Assembly: GCF_006345805.1 (NCBI RefSeq) | Contig: NC_043005.1 | Span: 43,586,001 to 43,650,000 of the forward strand | Source of the DNA: Octopus sinensis | Lineage: Eukaryota | Direction: 5' to 3' | DNA: 64,000 nucleotides | Shown: piece after piece, positions 55,271 through 64,000 of the stretch | Numbering within the stretch: the stretch's first letter is position 1 | Layout of the letters: each line of letters begins with the position of its first letter | Made by a program: the position numbers and the translations under genes | The notes under the pieces: generated by a model | What the model was told of the DNA's origin: nothing | Database searches by the model: none | The model's input: only the letters and a program-made list of their open reading frames with translations

Positions 55271-57111
55271 CATGCTTCTTTCAGTTTCCGTCAACCAAAT
55301 CCACTAATATGATATTGGTCGGCCCGAGGCTATAGTAGAAGACACTTGCCCGAGGTACCACGCAGTGGGACTGAACCTGGACAAAACAAACATATAGCTG
55401 AGTCAATGAATCAGCAGCCTCGTCCTGATTTATTTTATTTGAATCAGAACCAGTGGGGCATTTGTGAATAGAAATATAATGATTCTTGTAAAAATTGTTG
55501 TTGATTTATCGTTTTATACGAAAAAAATTTCAGTATACCTAGAGAGTAAAACCTATTCTTTTATTTTACTATTTTTTTTTTTACTTGTTTCAGTCATTTG
55601 CCGCTGGCCATGCTGGATCACCACCTTAATCCTTTTTAGTCGAACAAAAGACCTCTTTATAAGCCTAGTACTTTATGTTATCGGTCTCTTTTGCCGAACC
55701 GCTAAGTTACGGGGACGTAAACACACCAACACCGGTTGTCAAGCGATTGTGGTGGGGACGAAAACAGACAGAAACACAAGCACACACAGATACACACATA
55801 CATACATACATACGACGGGCTTCTTTCAGTTATCGCCCACCAAATCCACTCACAAGGCTTTGGTCTACCCGAAGCTATAGCAGAAGACACCTGCCCAAGG
55901 TGCCACGCTGTGGGACTGAATGTTGCAATACTTTTCTACTGTCCAGAATAATAGGCTGTGGTATCCCTTGGACACTTTCTGTAAAACAATAATCTAAGAA
56001 CCTTCTACTTCTAAGGAGTTCTCTTCATAAAACACAGAAGAGCTGACATTCCTCCTCCTCCTCCTCCTCCTCCTCCTCCTCTTCCTCCATAATGTCCACT
56101 TTTCTCCAACTACTCGCCTTCGTTTGACTGAATAGACTGTCTGTCAAACTCGGGTGAAAAGCAGTATGATGTTTCAATTGTTAAATTATGATTTTTTATT
56201 CTTTAAATTAAAATTTCTTTCTTTTTTTTTATTTGCTTTTCTAACAAATTTAATTAATGATCTTTCATTTTCCAGCTAATTTATATATTTGTTATGTAAT
56301 ATCACCTTTAATATTTTATTTTAACATACTTTCACTTCTATATTATTGTGTTAGCGAGATCTTTGAAATGAGTAACGGATGTTTTTTTTATTGATTTTTA
56401 TTTTGTTTATTTAATATCTAATTTTGTTAGTTTTATCTTAATGTACTATCGTTACATTATCTTCATTATATGCATTTAATTTTTGTTGATTTATTTTGTT
56501 CTAAAAGGAGCACTTTGAATGTAGACTTTCGGTCTTGATTGAGATTTGGAAACAAACTATCCTTTAAACTTACATTTTAATTTGTCTACAAACTTTTGTG
56601 TTAACAAATGGGGTTCTGCAATGCTTTAGACTAAATCAGAGTATATATATATAGATATATATATATAATGAAATGGAAGACAGTGTGTACTGTAAGCTTT
56701 ATTTAGCACGACGATCGTTTCGGCTTACATCTCCCTAATGGATGGGGAACGATATAATGTAATCGAATGCACCCTACAGTACAGAAGAAACCATACCAAG
56801 TTACATAATACGTTACAGTGTTATAATAAGTACATCTCGTTTCTGTGCGTGGTAGGATGGTGTTAGTACACTGTCTTCTCTTTCATTTATTTAAAATTAT
56901 ACTAAACATGCACCAAGGAATTCCTTACGTAGATCTTGCGACTAAAGGGCAGTACCACGGATTACCGCCTGGAAGTCATATGTAGTGAACGTGCTCTCAA
57001 GGCACACTACTAAGGACAAGGTTTGGATAGTACACTTTTAATTCTCTTATATAAACTTAAATTTATATATATATATTATATATATATATATATTATATAT
57101 ATATATATATA

Positions 57112-57414
57112 CTAGCAGTATCTCCCGGCGTTGCTCGGGTTTGTAAGGGAAATAACTATATAAGCATTTTTAGAGAGTTACTTCGCTTATATAATAGCAA
57201 AAAAAATGCATTAAAAATGGGAAAAAATGATGGTAAATTTTTTTTAAATCGTAGACTCATCGTAGACGCGCGCTAATACCCAGAAGGGCTCGATATGAAT
57301 CACGACTATAAGATACCCGCTTTTGGTTAAACGGCACCGCATAATGTGGGAGTAGTTAGGAATCTAAATCGTAGGAGACAGACACTCACACAACTTCACT
57401 TTTATATATAAAGA
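57112..57414 (-). mobile_element. Minimal non-autonomous Helitron
   Basis: Same termini as 51791, inserted at A|T in a TA-rich tract. Confidence 0.85.
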
Positions 57415-57798
57415 TATGATGGACTCTCTCTCGAAGTATGAGCGTTCAGCTTTTTGCCGAACGACCAGCATAAATGATTTGCTTGTAGTGATCAAATGTT
57501 CATGTGCCGCGCATTAGCTCCCTCTCTCCATCAAATCGACGTTGTCTGAAAAGGTGCACTGTGTGCCACGCGTCAGGTGTCGAAGTGATTGCAGAGCAAC
57601 GAGAGATGAAGTGTATTGCTCAAGAACACAAGGTACTACGTGGTCTAGGAATTGAAATCATGATCGCTATATATGTCTGTGTGTGTGTGTGTTTGTGTGT
57701 GTATGTAAGTATTTATGTACGTTGTATATATATGTATGTATGTACGTACGTATGTGTGTATGTATGTATGTATGTATGTATGTATGTATGTATGTATG

Positions 57799-57829
<31 letters not shown>

Positions 57830-58283
57830 CAAACGTACGTACATGTATCAATGCATGTATGTATGTACGTACGTACGTGTGCTGGTATGCATGTATGTAC
57901 GTACGTATGAATGCATGTACGTATTTATATGTATGGATGTATGTATATATAGCTAATGTGTAGGGGAAACTTCGTTGATTCATATATTCTATGTGTATAC
58001 AAAAGATCTACCTGTGTGCATACATATATTAATGCTTGTTTTTGTAATGCTTTATCTATATAAAAACACACATTATTTGAAGCACCCATTCGATACTTTT
58101 AAGTAGAGCATCATATTTATTTTATTCCTACGTGAAAAAGATCAGCTGTGACTTCGACCGTTCAGCTTATACATTGTAGTCAAAGTGCCTGACGAAACCA
58201 GCTAAGCCGAAACTTCGAAATCCCTGAGTCAAACTTTTCCTTATAAAAATGTGAACTTTTCCTTACAAAAAAATGCGTGCATG

Positions 58284-58373
<90 letters not shown>

Positions 58374-59013
58374 ATCTATCTATCTATCTATCTATCACCT
58401 TGGGCAAGTGTCTTCAACTCTAGCCTCGGGCCGACCAAAGCCTTGTGAGTGGATTTGGTAGACAGAAACTGAAAGAAGCCCGTCGTATATATATGTGTGT
58501 GTGCATGTTTGTCCTCCCATCATCGCCTGACAACCGATGTTAGTGTGTTCACGTCCCCGTAACTTAGCGGTTCGCCAAAATAGACCGATAGAATAAGTAC
58601 TAGGCTTACAAAGAATAAGTGCTAGGGTCAATTTGTTCAACGAAATGCGGTGCTCCAGCATGGCCGCAGTCAGACGACTGAAACAAATAAAAGAAAGAAA
58701 GAAATATAATATATATATATATATATATGTATATAGGCGCAGTGGTAAGTAGCTTGCTTACCAACCACACAGTTCCGGGTTCAGTCCCACTGCGTGGCAC
58801 CTAGGGCAAGTGTCTTCTACTATAGCCTCGGGCTGACCAAAGCCTTGTGAGTGGATTTGGTAGTCGAAAACTGTCTTGGGGTCGATTTGCTCGACTAAAA
58901 GGCGGTGCTCCAGCATGGCCGCAGTCAAACGACTGAAACAAATAAAAGAAAGAAAAAGAAATATATATATATATATTTGTGTGTGTGTACATGCATGCGT
59001 GCGTATATATGTA

Positions 59014-59074
<61 letters not shown>

Positions 59075-61513
59075 AAGGAAACCGACATATACACACACAA
59101 CATACATAAACACACTTTCATTTGTAGCAACAAATGTATATCTTATTAGCATATTCAGTTTGTTTCTATATTCAGTTGACAAAACGTATGATTAATGTTA
59201 ACCCTTTCTTGTTTTCAAATTTCTCGTTATTCAATGTTAAATTCTTTCTACCTTTACACAATTGTGTACAACAAAGTATTCTGTATAAATCTATCGACAG
59301 TGAAGTATATGTTTCTGGTTCGAATAACCAGGTTTCCTGCACTGAGAGAGCATTGTGAAGAGCCACAAAGGGTATGTCATCCTATCGTACATCTTGTAAA
59401 CTATTGAATATGTTACGGTTCAAATCAACATGTTAGAGAGATGATTAAGTACTCAAAGTAGCCTAAACGACATCACAAACATCAAAACAAGATGAAGATT
59501 ACACTAACTTCACACAAGTCTTTAGCTATCTAAGTGACCTCACAATATATTTAACTGATAAATTTGCCATCTCCGAAAACCTAAATATATAAACTTTAAA
59601 TTCGATTGTCTCCTAAGCGACAAAGGTCGGTAGTGGCTTGAAAACCTTTTGAAATCCAGGATAATTTATAGCTTTTTTTTTTTCAGACAAATTTTACCAG
59701 TAGAGTGTCATCATAACAACAATATTGAATTTAAAATTCTTTAAGTAAAAACAAACAGGTTTTAAATTAACTTCACACCCACATTCACACACAAACCCCG
59801 ACATCCGAAACTCGGAGTTTTATCATGGCTACCGGAATTGTCACATACATATATATCTGTTGCGTTACCACCTTGTCTCCACTCTTTTGCCTTTAAAACC
59901 CACTTTGCTCTGTTTTCGTAACATCCGCGCTTTCACCATGTGCAACTCGTAACACCATCGTCTTTTTTCTCTTTCCCTGTTGCCCGCTCTGGGATCTTTC
60001 TTTCCTCTCTCTTCCTTCTTTATGTTTCCGACGAGCTCCGCTCGAAACGTCATACCTCCCTGCTTCCTTTTCCTGAGCGCCTATTAATAATAATACTGTA
60101 ATTGTTCCATTGTTGTTGTTTTTTTGTTTCCCGTTTGGATTAAAATTATATATATATATATATATACTAGCTGAAGGTGACCCGCTCTACGCGCGGGTAA
60201 GAGTGTGGGTGTTACTTTCTGTTGCTTCCTTTCAGCACGTAAAAAGCACCATCCAAACGTGGCCGATTGCAGCACCGCCTTGACTTGCTTCTGTGCTGGT
60301 GGCACGTAAAAAGCACCAACCGATCGTTGCCACTGCGAGCCCCCCTGGCACCAGTGCCGGCGGCACGAAAAAAGCACTCACTACACTCACAGCGTGGTTG
60401 GCGTTAGGAAGGTCATCCACCTGTAGAAACACTGCCAGATCAGACTGGAGCCTGGTGCAGCCTCCTGGCTTCCGAGACCCCGGTCACACTGCCCAACCCG
60501 TGCTAGCACGGAAAACGGACGTTAACGATGATGATGATGATGATTCTCCGTATTTGTTTCTCTCTCTCCTTTCTCTCTCACTTTCCCACTCTCTTACTTT
60601 CTTTTTTCTCTCTGACTCTCCCTCGCTTTCTCTTACTCTCTATCTTTATCTATCTCTCCCATTTATAAACAACAGAAGATCTTGAGTAGTTGAGAAATAA
60701 AATATTTAGAAAGATCAATCAGAAATATGAGGCAGTGGCAATGGAAAGGTCTGCTTCAAGGCAGACAGCAAAACGCTAACATTCAAAAGGGACAGACAAC
60801 TTGCGAGCTGAATAAAAATAATAAAATATTGGAAACCAAAGTTTGAAGGGATAGATCTGAGGATAGTAGAGTCACCATGGCTGGCATTTGTTAACGACGG
60901 ACAGTTTAACGGCTGGCGTAAAATTTTGAACTTGATGTAAAAGAAAATTCGTAAACAACAAGTTTTGAAGTGATTTTTTTCTCACGACAGTAATTCACCA
61001 TGGCAAGCATTCAAAACTTCTTTATCATGGACGGCAACACATTGACGATTAAAAGGCTGGCGCAAATTTTTTAGTTTGATGCAACAGAGATTCCTAAACA
61101 CCCGCTCTTTGAAATTTTATCCCCTTCCAGCCCCATTTAGACCCCTTTTCACATTTTGTTAATATAACCCGATTTCATTCGGGTGTACTGGGGCCACATT
61201 TTATAAGATGAGGAATTTTGTCCTAGAGGTGACGCCTTTCATTTGAGGAACAAAATAGTTGTGATGCAAACTTGTCAGCACCTTTAACATAGGTGTGCAT
61301 ATTTTCAGGTGAATCGACCGACTACGTAATGCACACATATATATATGTTGTATATATATATATTGTGTGTGTGTGTGCACGCATTATATATACAAATGTA
61401 TACAAATGAGATATATATCTGTATAAATTAAATTAGAGATAAAACCACTATAGGCAAATCAAACAGTGAAAACCAAAACAAAAACATAAAAGGAAAATAT
61501 AACAGAAAATATA

Positions 61514-62530
61514 TCTATATATATAAAACTGTAGTTGTGTGAGTGTCTGTCCCCTTCGATTTAGATTCCTAACTACTCCCAAATTTTGCGGTGCAGTTTG
61601 ACCAAATTCGGGTATCTTATAGTCGTGATTCATATCGAGCCCGTCTGGGTATTAGCGCGCGTCTACAATGAGTGTACGATTTTAAAAATAATTTAACATC
61701 ATTTTTTATTCCATTTTAATGCATATTTTTTCGTGTGTCGATGGCGGCGGAGTTGGCGTCCACGCTCACGCCTGCACCTGTGTTGCTTCTCCCCCTTCTT
61801 CCCTCCCTCGTGAAGCTGTGGGGAAGGGAGTGTAAGGAAATCAACGTCGTAATGCGTTGTGAAGGAGACCAGCGTTCTTTTAGAACAACGACTTCATGGC
61901 TTGAAGTCGCCAAAACAGAGATCGCTAAAAAAGCTGAAACAGATCCACCAAAACTGCAAAAACCGCCACACAGGGTAGGTTTCCTGTGCAAACAATTTGC
62001 ACAACCGAATGTTTTAGTTGTTGCACAAATCTTTATATATAAAAGTAAGGTTGTGTGTCTGTCTCCTACGATTTAGATTCCTAACTACTCCCACATTTTG
62101 CGGTGCAGTGTAACCAAAACCGGGTATCTTATAGTCGTGATTCATATCGAGCCCTTCTGGGTATTAGCGCGCGTCTACGATGAGTCTACGATTAAAAAAA
62201 AAATTACCATCATTTTTTATTCCATTTTAATGCATTTTTCGCTATTATATAAGGGAAGTAACTCTCTAAAAATGTCTACGATGAGTCAACGATTAAAAAA
62301 AAAATTACCATCATTTTTTTATTCCATTTTAATGCATTTTTCGCTATTATATAAGGGAAGTAACTCTCTAAAAATGTCTACGATGAGTCAACGATTTAAA
62401 AAAGAAATTACTATCATTTTTTATTCCATCTTTAATGCATTTTTTGCTATTTTTTTTGCTATAACTCACTAAAAATGCTTATATAGTTATTTCCCTTACA
62501 AACCCGAGCAACGCCGGGCGATACTGCTAG
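61514..62530 (+). mobile_element. Composite Helitron: cargo-bearing unit (61514-62029) joined to a second unit (62030-62530) with ~102-bp internal tandem repeats
   Basis: Two TC 5' ends and one hairpin-CTAG|T 3' end. The GTCTACGATGAGTC...CTCTCTAAAAAT unit is repeated about 2.5-3 times. Confidence 0.8.
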
Positions 62531-62655
62531 TAAAATTGAAAACTTTAAATTATTTAAATTGAAAATAAAAATTATGAAATTATATTTATAATTTGTTTAA
62601 AAATATATATAACTGAAAAAGTATGAAAAAGTTTAATATACATAAAATGTATATA

Positions 62656-62925
62656 TTTATATATAGAACACCACACACACACATACATTATATATACATA
62701 TTTATATATAGAACACACACACACACACACATACATTATATATACATATTTATATATAGAACACACACACACACACACACATTATATATACATATTTATA
62801 TATAGAACACACACACACACACACACATACATTATATATACATATTTATATATAGAACACACACACACACGCACATACATTATATATACATATTTATATA
62901 TAGAACACACACACACACACACACA
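62656..62925. repeat. Compound minisatellite, six 45-50 bp units
   Basis: TTTATATATAGAAC(AC)n...ATTATATATACATA repeated six times with variable (AC)n. Confidence 0.9.
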
Positions 62926-63540
62926 TATAAATGAACGCAAGAATATCTGATTCATAATATTTGTTCTCATGCTCGTGTGTTGTTTGTTTGTGACAGACAT
63001 ATACTTAAAAGAACGTCACCGAAGTGATAGGAAGGTAGGAAACAGAGTCAGTGAAAAAGAAAGGAAATAGCGATAGTGACAGATACTTTAAATAACCGTA
63101 GTGGACTTCTGAAAGTTATGAAGAGGAGTAAGAGAGGGAAAGGAGGAAATAGGGTGAGTGAGGAAGATGGCCCCTAGCAACCACACCTTTTAAGATAGGG
63201 ATTTCTAAAGTAGCCCACGCGCATCGTCACCTCATTCTACATGTCCCTGTAAATTTTGTAGCGAATCGGACGGGATGTAGTGGCATTGAAAGCGATCCAA
63301 GCGGTAAAAACGCAATTCAGTTTTATATATAGAGATATATATATATACCACTACACTCACGGAGTGGTTAGCGTTAGGAAGGGCTTCCAGCTGTAGAAAC
63401 ACTGCCAAATCAGACTGGAGCCTGGTGCAGCCTCCATGGCTTACCAGACCCCGGTCGAACCGTCCAACCCATGCTAGCATGGAAAACGGACGTTAAATGA
63501 TGATGATGATGATGATGATTGTTACACATTCATATCTATG

Positions 63541-64000
63541 TGTTACGTATGCCAAACTACATCCCCACTCTTGGCACTATTTTGTTAGTGAACAGTACAA
63601 CTGTGTGTAAAGTATATTATGTATCACTACGCTGAACGTCGAGTTCGTGTAACATGTAAAGCAAATAAACACGTAACAATAACAATGGTTTTCATTTGGT
63701 TGTCTTTCCCATTAGAACACGAACCACGCATAACATGGTGGCAGCGGTAAATAATTAAACGGAAACTGTGCCTTTACAACAAATCAGAAACGCAACGAAC
63801 CAGGAGAGTAACAAACAAAACATCGCTTCGTCTTAGGACAACAAACACGACGATCCAAGATGGCGACCCCCGCCGCCGTACAGATGAATCTACATCCGAT
63901 TATGGATTGGGACTCCGATGATATTTTGGAAGCATTTAAAAAGTTTAAACAGAAAACTCAACTAGCTTTCAAAAGTTTCCTGAAAGGCACAACTGACGAT
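63541..64000 (+). mobile_element. 5' end of a Ty3/Gypsy-like LTR retrotransposon (LTR ~63541-63735, PBS 63736-63748)
   Basis: TGTTA...TAACA termini, AATAAA at 63664, then TGGTGGCAGCGGT, complementary to the 3' end of tRNA-Leu. An alternative LTR start is TGTTAC at 63520. Confidence 0.8.
63860..64000 (+). CDS. gag: Gag-like ORF N-terminus, truncated by the window edge
   Basis: MATPAAVQMNLHPIMDWDSDDILEAFKKFKQKTQLAFKSFLKGTTDD is open for 47 codons, downstream of the PBS. The P-x-MDW...FKKFKQ pattern resembles Gypsy Gag N-termini. Confidence 0.7.
   Translation, partial: MATPAAVQMNLHPIMDWDSDDILEAFKKFKQKTQLAFKSFLKGTTDD

Noticed and set aside
58184-58220. CTGACGA...GAAAC hammerhead-like core
   Set aside because: No NUH site closing helix III and no helix I pairing.
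58736-58800. tRNA gene
   Set aside because: It is the tRNA-derived head of a SINE. It continues into SINE body sequence and does not form a full cloverleaf.

Overview
This is eukaryotic, AT-rich, microsatellite-dense DNA. It is most likely from an octopus or other coleoid cephalopod, inferred from the two tRNA-derived SINE families that recur through the window. No multi-exon host gene could be identified. Almost all ORFs in the supplied track are artefacts of microsatellites or SINEs. Supported elements are: many SINEs, two RTE LINE remnants, a Penelope-like GIY-YIG fragment, two Tc1/mariner relics (one with DD36E spacing), a piggyBac-like MITE, at least five non-autonomous Helitrons (two with GC-rich cargo), and the 5' end of a Gypsy-type LTR retrotransposon (LTR, tRNA-Leu PBS, gag start) running off the right edge. 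The most striking feature is a 100-bp-arm foldback at 6845-7070. Each arm contains a type I hammerhead ribozyme fold with the compensatory U3-A8 core, one on each strand. There are two more long near-perfect foldbacks (108 and 203 bp arms), a minisatellite built from a SINE 5' end, one good candidate start-codon exon (25223-25287), and an apparent rise in CpG density near 48 kb. All alignments and counts were done by eye, so the boundaries of decayed repeats are approximate.
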